DNA from: Candidatus Aenigmatarchaeota archaeon
GTDB taxonomy: Archaea > Aenigmatarchaeota > Aenigmatarchaeia > Aenigmatarchaeales > JACQIB01
Direction of reading: 5' to 3'
DNA: 64,000 bases
Assembly: GCA_016198755.1 (NCBI GenBank)
Contig: JACQIB010000002.1
Location: 59,004 to 123,003, forward strand
Under the pieces are notes generated by a model. The model was not told the DNA's origin. It did no database searches and saw only the letters and a list, made by a program, of their open reading frames with translations. The stretch's first letter is position 1. The number at the start of each line of letters is the position of its first letter. Shown piece after piece: positions 1 to 9,327 of the stretch. A program made the translations under genes and the position numbers.

Positions 1-277
1 CAGAAACAAAAGAAAACACTCCCTTCAAAAAAGGTGCAAGCCAAAAAAGCGGAAAAGAAAATCCAGCCAAAAGCATAATACCAGCAGCCAAATCTATTCC
101 CCCAAGAATATCAAAGAAAAACCCTGACATAACACTTCCTCCCACCGAAAACAATCCTTTTACAAGCATTAACACAGCCACCCAAAAAACAATTTCCTGC
201 CCGAAAAAATCAGGAAACAAAAATGATAGCCCAGCTAAAATATCCAATATACTTACAATAGGCAGGAAAATTCCCAT
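1..277 (-). CDS. small hydrophobic membrane protein, 3' end outside window
   Basis: ATG at 277, just after the radB stop; reads MGIFLPIVSILDILAGLSFLFPDFFGQEIVFWVAVLMLVKGLFS..., open to the window edge; not in the ORF track. Confidence 0.7.
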   Translation of the reverse strand, partial: MGIFLPIVSILDILAGLSFLFPDFFGQEIVFWVAVLMLVKGLFSVGGSVMSGFFFDILGGIDLAAGIMLLAGFSFPLFWLAPFLKGVFSFVS

Positions 278-279
278 TG

Positions 280-951
280 TTATCCCTTATAATCTCTTAT
301 TCCTTTTGAATAAATCTCAAATTCCACTCCCCTTTCCTCTGGCAGGCTTCTGGCCTTTTTTATAACTGCAAGCCTTCTTCCAGGTTTTCCAACATGAAAC
401 AGTTCTATAATATTCTTGCTCCACCATTTTACAATTGAGCTCCCGCTCATTTCCAGCCTGCCAGTCTTCGGGTTCTCATACACCTGATTTGTTATAATAA
501 CAGGTATTTTGTTTGTTCGCGCTATTTTTGAGAGTACAGATAACTGAGTTGCCAGCTCCCTTATGGCTGTTTTTGCATTCTTTTCCTCTATATGAACTCT
601 CCATAAAGCTGCTATGCTATCCACTATAATAAGTCCTATATCCCTTTTCCTTGAAATAACTTCAGCCTTTTTCACGGCTTCCATTTGTTCCTCCCATGTT
701 TTTGGTTCAAGTAAAATTATCTTTTTTCCAACTTTCCCTCCATCTGCTATCTGATTTAATCTTTCCACTGAAAATCCCCCCTCAGTATCTATAAACAGTA
801 CTTTTTTCCCTCTTCCAACAGCAGAAACAGCACTAAGCATTGAAATCTGGCTCTTCCCAACAGCCGGAGGCCCGAAAAAGTTTGTAACACATCCATCTTC
901 TACCCCACCCCCCAAAAGCCTGTCTATCGGAGTGCATACAGAAAGCCGCAT
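280..951 (-). CDS. radB: DNA repair/recombination protein RadB
   Basis: RecA-fold core only (223 aa): IDRLLGGG, Walker A GPPAVGKS, FIDTEGGF, IIVDSI, ITNQV, basic patch R.A.IKKAR. Confidence 0.9.
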   Translation of the reverse strand: MRLSVCTPIDRLLGGGVEDGCVTNFFGPPAVGKSQISMLSAVSAVGRGKKVLFIDTEGGFSVERLNQIADGGKVGKKIILLEPKTWEEQMEAVKKAEVISRKRDIGLIIVDSIAALWRVHIEEKNAKTAIRELATQLSVLSKIARTNKIPVIITNQVYENPKTGRLEMSGSSIVKWWSKNIIELFHVGKPGRRLAVIKKARSLPEERGVEFEIYSKGIRDYKG

Positions 952-985
952 ACTGCGGATTAGGTTTCAAGAATTTAAATAGACC

Positions 986-1450
986 GTGCAATCTATACCT
1001 ATGGAAAGAGTAACTTATCGTCTTGTTGCAACAGGCATTATAAAGAAAGGAAATAAAGTTCTAATCAGTCTGAAGGGCTCAGAACCACGCCCAATACGCA
1101 ATCAGTGGTACTTTCCAGGAGGCAACGTGGAAGCCGGTGAAAATCCTTTCTATTCTGTGTTGAGAGAAATAAAGGAGGAGACAGGCCTACGCGTAAAAGT
1201 TCTGCGTGTTATAGACTTCTTTCCAGAGTTCCGCGACTTCAATCCCTGGAAGTTCAAAGGCTGGATGATGCATATTGTTTTCGAATGTGAATATACTTCA
1301 GGCAAGCCATTTGCAAAGGACGATATAGTGCAGGTAAAATGGGCTTCTAAAAAAGAAATTTTAGAATATACAAGAAAAAATTCACATACAAGACTTGCAA
1401 AGTTTCTCAAAAACAGCAAAAACCTTAAGTCATTCTTCCAGCGGATTTAA
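986..1450 (+). CDS. NUDIX hydrolase
   Basis: Nudix box GGNVEAGENPFYSVLREIKEETGL. Confidence 0.9.
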   Translation: MQSIPMERVTYRLVATGIIKKGNKVLISLKGSEPRPIRNQWYFPGGNVEAGENPFYSVLREIKEETGLRVKVLRVIDFFPEFRDFNPWKFKGWMMHIVFECEYTSGKPFAKDDIVQVKWASKKEILEYTRKNSHTRLAKFLKNSKNLKSFFQRI

Positions 1451-1465
1451 TCCATAACAGAAAGC

Positions 1466-1512
1466 TTTAAATACTTAGTATGTATAATAACACAAATAGT
1501 TAGTATGTATAA
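1466..1512 (+). promoter_or_regulatory. TATA box followed by a 13-bp direct repeat upstream of the cdc48 operon
   Basis: TTTAAATA at 1466-1473; TTAGTATGTATAA at 1475-1487 and 1500-1512. Confidence 0.55.
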
Positions 1513-1532
1513 GGATACCAAAAGTGAGGAAA

Positions 1533-1880
1533 ATGCAGATTGAAATAAGAAAGAAAGGACCGGAAACTGCCATTCTGATTAGTTTTGACACGAATACTGA
1601 AAGCTTCAAGTCTCCGTATGAAAGGAACAAGTTCTTTTCCGAGCTTCATGGGAGAAAGCAAATTGTTATAAACCAGTCAGGTAGATATGTTTACCATAGA
1701 CCAGGGCTTATGGATGAAATACCGCATATAGACGTGGACAGGTCCGTTTTCATAGTTGCGATGGAACATATGAAAAGAATGGAAGAGTTTTTCCATGACT
1801 GGCAGAAGAATGTAATGTTCAAAACATTCCCCGTTTTACTTAGCAGGGAAGAAGCAGAAGAACTAAAGGAGGAAGAATAA
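1533..1880 (+). CDS. hypothetical protein, possible Cas2/VapD-like ferredoxin fold
   Basis: ILISFD / ERNKFFSELHG / DRSVFIV echoes the Cas2-VapD pattern (hhhYD..R....L..QxSVF); 1 nt before cdc48. Confidence 0.5.
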   Translation: MQIEIRKKGPETAILISFDTNTESFKSPYERNKFFSELHGRKQIVINQSGRYVYHRPGLMDEIPHIDVDRSVFIVAMEHMKRMEEFFHDWQKNVMFKTFPVLLSREEAEELKEEE

Positions 1881-1881
1881 T

Positions 1882-4167
1882 ATGTTAAAAGAACCGCAGC
1901 CAGAGGGAGTGAAGCTAAAGGTAGGAGAATTGACAGGAAGGGAGGATTTTGGAAGGGGTATTGCTAGATTGGATGCTAATACAATGAAAGCCATAAGTGT
2001 AAAAGAAGGGGATGTTATTGAGATTAGAGGAAAGAGAACAACAGCAGCAATAGCTGTGCGTTCTTATCCGGCGGATGTGGGTCTGAATATTGTAAGGATT
2101 GACGGGCTTGTAAGGAAGAATTGCGGAACTTCTATCGGGGAAGGTGTTATTGTTGTCAAGGCAAATGCAAAGGAAGCAAAGAAAATTGTTTTGGCTCCGG
2201 CTGAAAAAGGGTATATACTCAGGGTTTCCCCCAACCTTTTGAAGCAAAATCTTTTCATGAGACCAATGGTAAAGGGAGATCTTATAATTGCAAATCCAGT
2301 TTTCCGCAGCCGCAGGGGAGGAGGAGATGTTTTTGAACAGTTTTTTGGCGTTCCAATGGAGGAAGTTTTCCTTCCTTTAGGAACAGAAACAAGGTTGGCT
2401 GTTGTTAAAACAGTTCCTGAAGGAGCAGTGCAAATAACTGAAATGACAGAGCTTGAGCTTTTGCCGGAAGCAACAGAACTTGAGGAGGGGAAAGTCCAGA
2501 CAGTAACATATGAGGATATTGGAGGACTAGGAGAGATTGTGCCAAAAATCCGCGAGATGATAGAAGTTCCATTGCGTCACCCTGAAGTTTTTGAGCGTTT
2601 AGGAGTAGAACCTCCAAAGGGGGTTTTGCTGCATGGTCCGCCTGGTTCAGGAAAAACTTTGCTTGCAAAAGCAGTTGCAAATGAATCCGGTGCCTATTTT
2701 ATTTCAGTTGCAGGCCCAGAACTGGTGAGCAAATGGTATGGTGGTTCTGAGGAGAATCTTAGGAAAGTATTTGAAGAGGCTGAAAAGAATGCACCCACAA
2801 TTATTTTCTTTGACGAGATTGATGCTATAGCCCCAAAGAGGGAGGAGGTTTCAGGGGAGGTTGAAAGGAGAATGGTTTCTCAGTTACTAACTTTAATGGA
2901 CGGTCTAAAAAGCAGGGGAAGAACAATAGTAATTGCAGCTACTAACAGGCCAAATAGCTTGGATCCAGCTCTGAGAAGGGGAGGGAGGTTTGACAGGGAA
3001 CTGGAGATACCAGTGCCTGATAAAAAGGGCAGGAAAGAGATTTTGCAGATTCACACACGCCATATGCCTATGGATGGAGTGGATCTTGATAAATTAGCTG
3101 AGATAACATATGGTTATGTGGGGGCTGACGTTTCAGCTCTTGTAAAGGAAGCTGCAATGCATGCTTTGCGAAGGGTTTTACCAGAGGTTTCTGCCTTAAA
3201 GGAGGATGAAGCACTTCCAAAAGAATTGCTGGAAAAACTAAAAGTTACAAGTGAGGACTTTGAATTTGCAATGCGCATGGTTCAGCCTTCTGCGATGAGG
3301 GAAGTTCTAATAGAGATACCTAAAGTTAAATGGGCTGATGTTGGAGGATTGGAAAATGTAAAGGAACTTCTGAAGGAAGCTGTTGACTGGCCGCTTAAAA
3401 ATGCGGATGCTTTCAAACGCATTGGGATAAAGCCGCCAAAGGGAATAATGCTTTATGGTCCGCCCGGATGCGGGAAAACATTTATTGTGAAAGCTCTTGC
3501 AAACGAAGCTGGTGCAAACTTTATTTCAGTAAAGGGTCCTGAATTGCTTTCCAAATGGGTTGGGGAAAGTGAACAGCATTTAAGGGATGTTTTCCGCAGA
3601 GCAAAACAAGTCGCTCCATGTATAATTTTCTTTGATGAAATAGATTCTCTAGCTCCAAGAAGGGGGTCTGATGCAGGGAATAGAGTAACAGAACAGGTTG
3701 TTTCCCAGCTGCTTACAGAAATGAATGGAATAGAGAACATGGAAGGTGTAATGGTTATAGCAGCCACAAACAGGCCGGATATTATTGATCCAGCACTCCT
3801 AAGGCCAGGGAGGTTTGACAGGTTAATTTATGTCCCTGCACCAGATGAAAAAACAAGGCTGGAAATTTTAAAGGTTCATACAAAATCAATGCCGCTTTCG
3901 AAAGATTTATCTATGGAGAAACTGGCAAAACAGACAGACGGATACTCAGGAGCGGATTTGGAGGCTGTTGTGAGAGAAGCCGGATTAAATGCTTTGAGGG
4001 AAAATATGAAAGCAAAGGAAATAACGAAAAAACACTTTGACGAATCTCTGAAGGAAATAAAACCATCAATAACAGAAGATATATTCATGAAATACCAGAA
4101 AATAGTTGAAGATGTAAAGAAAACAAAGCTGGAAGAACATGAAAAATCAAGCAGATATATAGGGTGA
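1882..4167 (+). CDS. cdc48: Cdc48/VCP (VAT) AAA+ ATPase
   Basis: N domain plus two AAA modules ([22 protein letters not shown] twice, [25 protein letters not shown]). Confidence 0.97.
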   Translation: MLKEPQPEGVKLKVGELTGREDFGRGIARLDANTMKAISVKEGDVIEIRGKRTTAAIAVRSYPADVGLNIVRIDGLVRKNCGTSIGEGVIVVKANAKEAKKIVLAPAEKGYILRVSPNLLKQNLFMRPMVKGDLIIANPVFRSRRGGGDVFEQFFGVPMEEVFLPLGTETRLAVVKTVPEGAVQITEMTELELLPEATELEEGKVQTVTYEDIGGLGEIVPKIREMIEVPLRHPEVFERLGVEPPKGVLLHGPPGSGKTLLAKAVANESGAYFISVAGPELVSKWYGGSEENLRKVFEEAEKNAPTIIFFDEIDAIAPKREEVSGEVERRMVSQLLTLMDGLKSRGRTIVIAATNRPNSLDPALRRGGRFDRELEIPVPDKKGRKEILQIHTRHMPMDGVDLDKLAEITYGYVGADVSALVKEAAMHALRRVLPEVSALKEDEALPKELLEKLKVTSEDFEFAMRMVQPSAMREVLIEIPKVKWADVGGLENVKELLKEAVDWPLKNADAFKRIGIKPPKGIMLYGPPGCGKTFIVKALANEAGANFISVKGPELLSKWVGESEQHLRDVFRRAKQVAPCIIFFDEIDSLAPRRGSDAGNRVTEQVVSQLLTEMNGIENMEGVMVIAATNRPDIIDPALLRPGRFDRLIYVPAPDEKTRLEILKVHTKSMPLSKDLSMEKLAKQTDGYSGADLEAVVREAGLNALRENMKAKEITKKHFDESLKEIKPSITEDIFMKYQKIVEDVKKTKLEEHEKSSRYIG

Positions 4168-4172
4168 TAAAA

Positions 4173-4517
4173 ATGGTAGAAAAAAGAATTAACGTAAGTA
4201 TAGACCACACAGATCCAACATTTTTTTGTGACAGGGTAGTTGTTTCCCATAGTCCCACAAAATTTATACTGGATTTTACTCAAACAAGCCCAAGGTTCGA
4301 TTTCAACGGTGAAAACCTTCAGGAAGCACTGGTTGTAAAACACAGGACCATAATGCTGGATCCCATGGTTGCTAAAGATTTTCTAAATGCTTTACATGAA
4401 AATGTAGCAAAATTCGAGAAAGCTTTTAAGAAAATAGAAGTTCCAAAACAAAAGAAACATTCACATCCAATAAAGGAATTTCAGAGGCCAACAGAACCCA
4501 GCAAATATATAGGATAA
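4173..4517 (+). CDS. DUF3467-like small protein ending in YIG
   Basis: FFCDRVVVSHSPTKFILDF..PR / IMLDP..AKDFLNALHENV.KFEK.F pattern; SD GGGTGA overlaps the cdc48 stop. Confidence 0.65.
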   Translation: MVEKRINVSIDHTDPTFFCDRVVVSHSPTKFILDFTQTSPRFDFNGENLQEALVVKHRTIMLDPMVAKDFLNALHENVAKFEKAFKKIEVPKQKKHSHPIKEFQRPTEPSKYIG

Positions 4518-4520
4518 AAA

Positions 4521-4739
4521 TCAGGCAGCTTTTCTTGCGAGGAGCACATCCTCGCGTTTAATTGTTTTCCTACCGGCGTGCATTGCATACTTTAAGGAAT
4601 CTTTTGCAACTTCCAGCCCCCTTTCCATTAGAATCTCTGAAAGGGCGCGTGCTGCACTATCAGAAACTCTCTGTGCTCCGGCCTGCTTGAAAATATCAAC
4701 CATTGGAGCTGCTGCAATAATACTCCTCTTCCTTGGCAT
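4521..4739 (-). CDS. archaeal histone (HMf-like)
   Basis: AP..DIFKQAGAQRVSDSA...HAGRKTIKREDV histone fold; start taken at MPRKRS. Confidence 0.93.
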   Translation of the reverse strand: MPRKRSIIAAAPMVDIFKQAGAQRVSDSAARALSEILMERGLEVAKDSLKYAMHAGRKTIKREDVLLARKAA

Positions 4740-4788
4740 AACAAATAGTTTCTCAGGCTTGTATATAAACATTTGCTGCGCTCGTTAG

Positions 4789-5685
4789 TCAGAGCAAAGT
4801 TGTAACAAAAGGTTTCTCACCCACAATTATAGTGTGTTCAAACTGAGCAACCATTCCATTTCCTGTTTCTTTCAGTATCTTGTACGGATAAACTGAAACA
4901 ATAGATGAGAGCTCTTTCAGTGCAAGCTCTGTTTTAACAGAGCCAAATAGCTTCTGAAGCCAGCGTTTTGCAAACGGTAACCTTGCAAAGTCTGTTTTTC
5001 CAAGTTCCATTATTTTTCTGGCTTCCATTGTTCTGACAGGCCTGTCCATTATCCAGCGGAATATTGTTGCAGGATCCACTTCCTTAACCATACCAGCCCC
5101 ATTTGTGCAAAAAGGCTCACAAGCATAAACTTTTCCATCATCTATAACACCAGCAGAATTAGTCTTAACATTCTGTATCATAACACCAGCGTGCAGATTA
5201 TACCTTTCAACACCATGCCCAGTCAGGTTTCTAATTGATTTGAACCCAAATTCTTTTGCAACCCCTTCTATTGTCTCTCCAATATCAGCTATCTGAGTTC
5301 CCGGTGTAAACATAGGCAGAGCTGAGGAAAGCATCTTTTTTGCACATACTATTAGTTCATCCTCCCCAGCAGGTCTGACCGTAATGGCAGCATCAGCTAT
5401 AAACCCGTCTACATGAGCACCTATATCCAGCTTTACATAATCCGTTTCTTTAACAAAAATCCCATCTCCAACTAATGGACTGTAGTGAGCTGCAATTTCA
5501 TTTATGGAAATATTTGCCGGAAAAGCAGGCTTCCCACCCATTTCCACCATTTTTTTCTCCACAGCTTCAGCAATATCAAAAATCATAGCACCTTCCTTTA
5601 TCATACCCTTTCCCAATTTCAGAGCTTCAGCAGTTATTCTTCCGGCTTTCTTTAATTTTTCTATCTCTTCAGGCAGCAACACCAT
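4789..5685 (-). CDS. map: methionine aminopeptidase type II
   Basis: FPANISINEIAAHY, KLDIGAHVDGFIADAA, NLTGH, ACEPF, AQFEHT; real start MVLLPEE. Confidence 0.95.
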   Translation of the reverse strand: MVLLPEEIEKLKKAGRITAEALKLGKGMIKEGAMIFDIAEAVEKKMVEMGGKPAFPANISINEIAAHYSPLVGDGIFVKETDYVKLDIGAHVDGFIADAAITVRPAGEDELIVCAKKMLSSALPMFTPGTQIADIGETIEGVAKEFGFKSIRNLTGHGVERYNLHAGVMIQNVKTNSAGVIDDGKVYACEPFCTNGAGMVKEVDPATIFRWIMDRPVRTMEARKIMELGKTDFARLPFAKRWLQKLFGSVKTELALKELSSIVSVYPYKILKETGNGMVAQFEHTIIVGEKPFVTTLL

Positions 5686-5739
5686 AAGCAGAGAATACAA
5701 GAGAGCGGCTATAAATAGGATTATTAACAGAATGAATTC

Positions 5740-6975
5740 ATGGAAAAAGCAAAAACAGACAAATACCCAAGAATAATACTTGATCCCGTTCACGGATTCA
5801 TAGAACTCTCTCCTCTACAAGATGAGCTTTTAGCCCAGCCAGAACTGCAGAGAATGAGATGGGTAAAACAGCTGGGCCTTATAGATCTTATTTTTCCAGG
5901 TGCTCATCATTCAAGAATAGAGCATTGTTTAGGATCCTCTTTCGTTGCCACTAAAATAGCAGAACATCTAAAACTGCCTGAAAAAGAAAGGGAGCTTGTG
6001 CAGGCAGCGGGTATTTTACATGATATAGGGCATACACCCTTCTCCCATGTTCTGGAGCCAGTTCTCCCTAAAGACAGCATGGAGACTACAAGAGACATGA
6101 TAGAAGGAAGAACAGAAATCCCCCTGCCAAATGCAGGACATATACCAGAGATATTGAAAAGGCATGGTATAAACCCGAAAGATGTTTCAGACCTTATCTG
6201 CCATGCCTATAAAGGCAAAAAATATCTGCAGCAGATAATTTTCAGTGAAATAGACTGCGATCAAATAGACTATCTTGCCCGCGATTCTTACTATACTGGC
6301 TCAACTCATGGCCAGATACATGTGCAAAGATTACTCTCTATAATGAGGCTGGTTGATAATGAAATCTGCTTTGTGGAAAAGGGGCTGACAGAAATTGAAG
6401 AATTCCTCGTTGGAAGGGAGCATATGTACACTTCTATCTACCTGCACCATACAGGCAATGCAGCAGCAAAAATGTTGCTCCGTGCTTTTGAAAGCCTGAA
6501 AGACAAAATACCCAACTTCCTTTATATGACAGATGCAGAGGTCATAGCTTCTCTGCTCAACGGAACAAAATACACACGTGACATTATGCAGAGGATCCTT
6601 TATAGGAGGCTGTTTAAACGGGCATTCGAGATAAGCTCAAGAAAGTTTACAAAAGCAGATATAGAACTTGTTAAAAAGGCTTCAAAAATAGGGGAAAAGA
6701 AGCTAGAAGCTGAGCTTACAAAGAAAGCAGGCATACCAGAAGGCTATTTGTTTGTACATTTGCCTGCAAATGCACTCTCCCTATCAGAGCCAAGAATGAA
6801 GAATTTTAATATAAAATTTGTCAGAAAAGACAATTCATCCATAAATGTTACAGAGATATCCACACTTGTGCAGGCATTAGCAAACCGTGTTACTCCAAAA
6901 GAACTTTTTGCTGTCTATACACCTTTAGAATACAGGGAAAAAGCAGCTTCATCAGCACGTGCATTTTTCGCCTAA
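5740..6975 (+). CDS. HD-domain dNTP triphosphohydrolase-like protein (YwfO/SAMHD1-like)
   Basis: DPVHG, LQRMRWVKQLG, HSRIEHCLG, LHDIGHTPFSH, DCDQIDYLARD, MYTSIYLH. Confidence 0.9.
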   Translation: MEKAKTDKYPRIILDPVHGFIELSPLQDELLAQPELQRMRWVKQLGLIDLIFPGAHHSRIEHCLGSSFVATKIAEHLKLPEKERELVQAAGILHDIGHTPFSHVLEPVLPKDSMETTRDMIEGRTEIPLPNAGHIPEILKRHGINPKDVSDLICHAYKGKKYLQQIIFSEIDCDQIDYLARDSYYTGSTHGQIHVQRLLSIMRLVDNEICFVEKGLTEIEEFLVGREHMYTSIYLHHTGNAAAKMLLRAFESLKDKIPNFLYMTDAEVIASLLNGTKYTRDIMQRILYRRLFKRAFEISSRKFTKADIELVKKASKIGEKKLEAELTKKAGIPEGYLFVHLPANALSLSEPRMKNFNIKFVRKDNSSINVTEISTLVQALANRVTPKELFAVYTPLEYREKAASSARAFFA

Positions 6976-7385
6976 GAAATCTTTAAAATAGTTAAACTTT
7001 TCGTGCCTTCAATCCCCTCTATTCCCCTAATCTTTTCTATAATATTGTTGAAGCTTTCAGCACTGTCAGTTGAAATTTCTGTGACCACATCAGTTTCTCC
7101 AGCTGTCTCAAAAACCCTCTTTACTCCAGCAATTCCTAAAATCTTTTTAACAACCCCGTCTGTCTGAACTTTTGGCACCGTATTAATCAAAACCAGTGCA
7201 GAAAAGCCAGCTGAAGTGGATAGTTCAACGGTAAATCTCTTTATTACCCCAATCTTCCTCAGCTTTTCAATTCTCTGCCTGACAGTAGCTTCAGAAACCT
7301 CCAGTTTCTTTCCAATATCAGAATTGGTCTGCCAAGCATCCTTCTCCAGTTCCCTAAGTATTTTCTGATTAAGTTTCTCTACCAT
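6972..7385 (-). CDS. Lrp/AsnC transcriptional regulator
   Basis: ILRELEKDA..NSDIGKKLEVSEATVRQRIEKL HTH plus RAM domain. Confidence 0.92.
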   Translation of the reverse strand: MVEKLNQKILRELEKDAWQTNSDIGKKLEVSEATVRQRIEKLRKIGVIKRFTVELSTSAGFSALVLINTVPKVQTDGVVKKILGIAGVKRVFETAGETDVVTEISTDSAESFNNIIEKIRGIEGIEGTKSLTILKIS

Positions 7386-7508
7386 ATTCGTATTTAGTAT
7401 ACCTTTTTATTTATAAACTTAACTATTTTCTTTTATTTTACACCAAAAATCAACTGAAAACTTATGCTTAAATAAGTTACTCCACACTTCTTGAAAGGTG
7501 ATTTAAAA

Positions 7509-7973
7509 ATGGATTGTGGTAGCATAGGTCCGGATTCTTCTTCTAGCAGCGATTTTCCTACTTTAGTGGCAACTTCTGGAAGAGAAACGAGGATCCCTCG
7601 ATATAATGGCAAGCCAAAAGGACCAGTAATTTATGGAGAAGAAGTAGGAAAAGAACCTTTCAATAGAGATGCTTTCTATGGTATCCGCGGCAGGGGAGGT
7701 TATGGTGTGGTTGTAGTGGCAGGTGGATTCATAGAGGCGATGGCTGAAGGATGCGGTTTAAGTCCCGATGATACTATGCAGAGAATTATGAGAGACGTAG
7801 GAAAGGTTAATCTGGGTGTTGTAGAATATTCACCAGTTGGAACTCCTATGCTAAATGGGAGGCGAACCAGAGAGAGAATAACACTCAAACTTCATGGTAT
7901 GGATAGAAAAATGGTTGTAGCAAGAGTTGTACCGGACTATCTGCCTATGTCTGGAGACGGCGGAGTAATGTAA
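7509..7973 (+). CDS. hypothetical protein (ORFan)
   Basis: TATA near 7469, SD AGGTGA, ATG at 7509; no recognisable motif. Confidence 0.55.
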   Translation: MDCGSIGPDSSSSSDFPTLVATSGRETRIPRYNGKPKGPVIYGEEVGKEPFNRDAFYGIRGRGGYGVVVVAGGFIEAMAEGCGLSPDDTMQRIMRDVGKVNLGVVEYSPVGTPMLNGRRTRERITLKLHGMDRKMVVARVVPDYLPMSGDGGVM

Positions 7974-7981
7974 TTCTAAAC

Positions 7982-8106
7982 TGGTGCGGGGGGAGAGATT
8001 CGAACTCTCGTACGGACTAACCGACCAGATGCCTATATCATCTTAGTTATCAAAACTCAAGAGATTCTTGAGTCTGGCGCCTTTGACCTGGCTGGGCTAC
8101 CCCCGC
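7982..8106 (-). tRNA. tRNA-Leu(CAA) with 36-nt intron at 37/38 (8031-8066)
   Basis: GCGGGGG acceptor, CCAGA-CT-CAA-G|intron|A-TCTGG, long variable arm, GAGAG-TTCGAAT-CTCTC, encoded CCA. Confidence 0.92.
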
Positions 8107-8148
8107 ATCCAAGAATTGTAAGGAGAGAGTTAAAAACCTTCTTTTAGC

Positions 8149-8176
8149 AAAGAAAAAAGTTAGGGGCACGGGCCCC
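8149..8176 (-). terminator. hairpin plus U-tract after the short histone gene
   Basis: minus strand GGGGC-CCGT-GCCCC-TAAC-TTTTTTCTTT. Confidence 0.55.
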
Positions 8177-8183
8177 AAACCAC

Positions 8184-8351
8184 TTAAATATCAGCTGGTC
8201 TTATTGTAGCGCGTCCATTGGCTTTTGCCCTTGAACCCGCATCTTTAACTATTTCTGTAACTTTCTTGTCCAGTGCAGCAAAGAAGTCGCCAGAAAATCT
8301 CCAGCCTTTGCCAACTTGTTTTACCTTTGACCTTACTACTAAAGAGCCCAT
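8184..8351 (-). CDS. short histone-fold protein (55 aa, truncated alpha-3; face-to-face/DUF1931-like variant)
   Basis: manual translation MGSLVVRSKVKQVGKGWRFSGDFFAALDKKVTEIVKDAGSRAKANGRATIRPADI; RxTxxxxD terminus; SD GAGGTGA; below the ORF-track size cutoff. Confidence 0.88.
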   Translation of the reverse strand: MGSLVVRSKVKQVGKGWRFSGDFFAALDKKVTEIVKDAGSRAKANGRATIRPADI

Positions 8352-8511
8352 CTAATCACCTCATTTTTTACAGTGCATTTGTTTATTTTGGAACCGCTTT
8401 TTGATTTGGAATATCAAAGTGCGAATTCCTTCGTATTTTAACGTTTACAGCCTATTTAAAGGCTTCTATACTATGGTTCTATTTGGCTTTAAACCCAGAA
8501 AAAGAGAGGAA

Positions 8512-9237
8512 TTAGGCTTTTGCAAGTTCAGCATCAATTGCAGCCTTGAATGCTGCATATGGCTGTGCACCAACTATTGGCTTTCCATTTACGAAAATTG
8601 TAGGTGTTCCTGTAACACCAGCAGTGTCCCCATCTGAGGCATCTTTCTCAACCTGATTCTTTTTTGTTCCAGAATCCAGGCAAGAGTTGAATGTTGCAGT
8701 ATTCAATCCCATATCAGCAGCATATTTCTTCAGGTCATCTACACCAAGTTTATCCTGATTTTTAAACAAGACATCATGATATTCCCAGAACTTTCCCTGA
8801 TCCTGTGCACATGCTGCAGCTTCAGAAGCTTTCTGTGCATATGGATGTATCTGTGTTAATGGGAAGTGCTTGAAAAATAGTTTTACTTTCCCTGTATCAA
8901 CATAATCCTTTTCTATTTTCACTAAAGCATCTGATGTAAATCTCTCACAGAATGGGCACTGGAAATCCTCGAAAATAACCAATGAAACTTTTGCGTTCTG
9001 GTCTCCTTTCAAAGCTGCCCCTGAAGTATCTAGCTGAACTGGACCCAGTGTTGTAGTTGGATATTGAGGCAGTGTACCTCCAGTATTCCCCAAAACATTG
9101 CCAGTTGCACCAGCAGCAGCGCTTGAACCTGAAAAATAGGATCCTGAGAAGAATCCCATAACAAATACAACAGCAAGAGCAGCTACAACAACAAGATGCT
9201 GCTTTTTTACTGTGAAAGTAACCATATCATCTTCCAT
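8512..9237 (-). CDS. membrane-anchored DsbA-family thiol-disulfide oxidoreductase
   Basis: N-terminal TM, FEDFQCPFC, HFPL..HP.A, GVTGTPT. Confidence 0.92.
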   Translation of the reverse strand: MEDDMVTFTVKKQHLVVVAALAVVFVMGFFSGSYFSGSSAAAGATGNVLGNTGGTLPQYPTTTLGPVQLDTSGAALKGDQNAKVSLVIFEDFQCPFCERFTSDALVKIEKDYVDTGKVKLFFKHFPLTQIHPYAQKASEAAACAQDQGKFWEYHDVLFKNQDKLGVDDLKKYAADMGLNTATFNSCLDSGTKKNQVEKDASDGDTAGVTGTPTIFVNGKPIVGAQPYAAFKAAIDAELAKA

Positions 9238-9327
9238 TAAATTCACATCCTTTACTTAATTAGTAACCTATTTAAACCTGCTGGTTTTTCTTTGTAAGGT
9301 TAATAAATCGCCAACTCCACTAGTAAT

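Noticed and set aside
8401-8637. 78-aa plus-strand ORF
   Set aside because: It overlaps the dsbA 3' end and the short histone's upstream region, has a TTG start and shows no motif.
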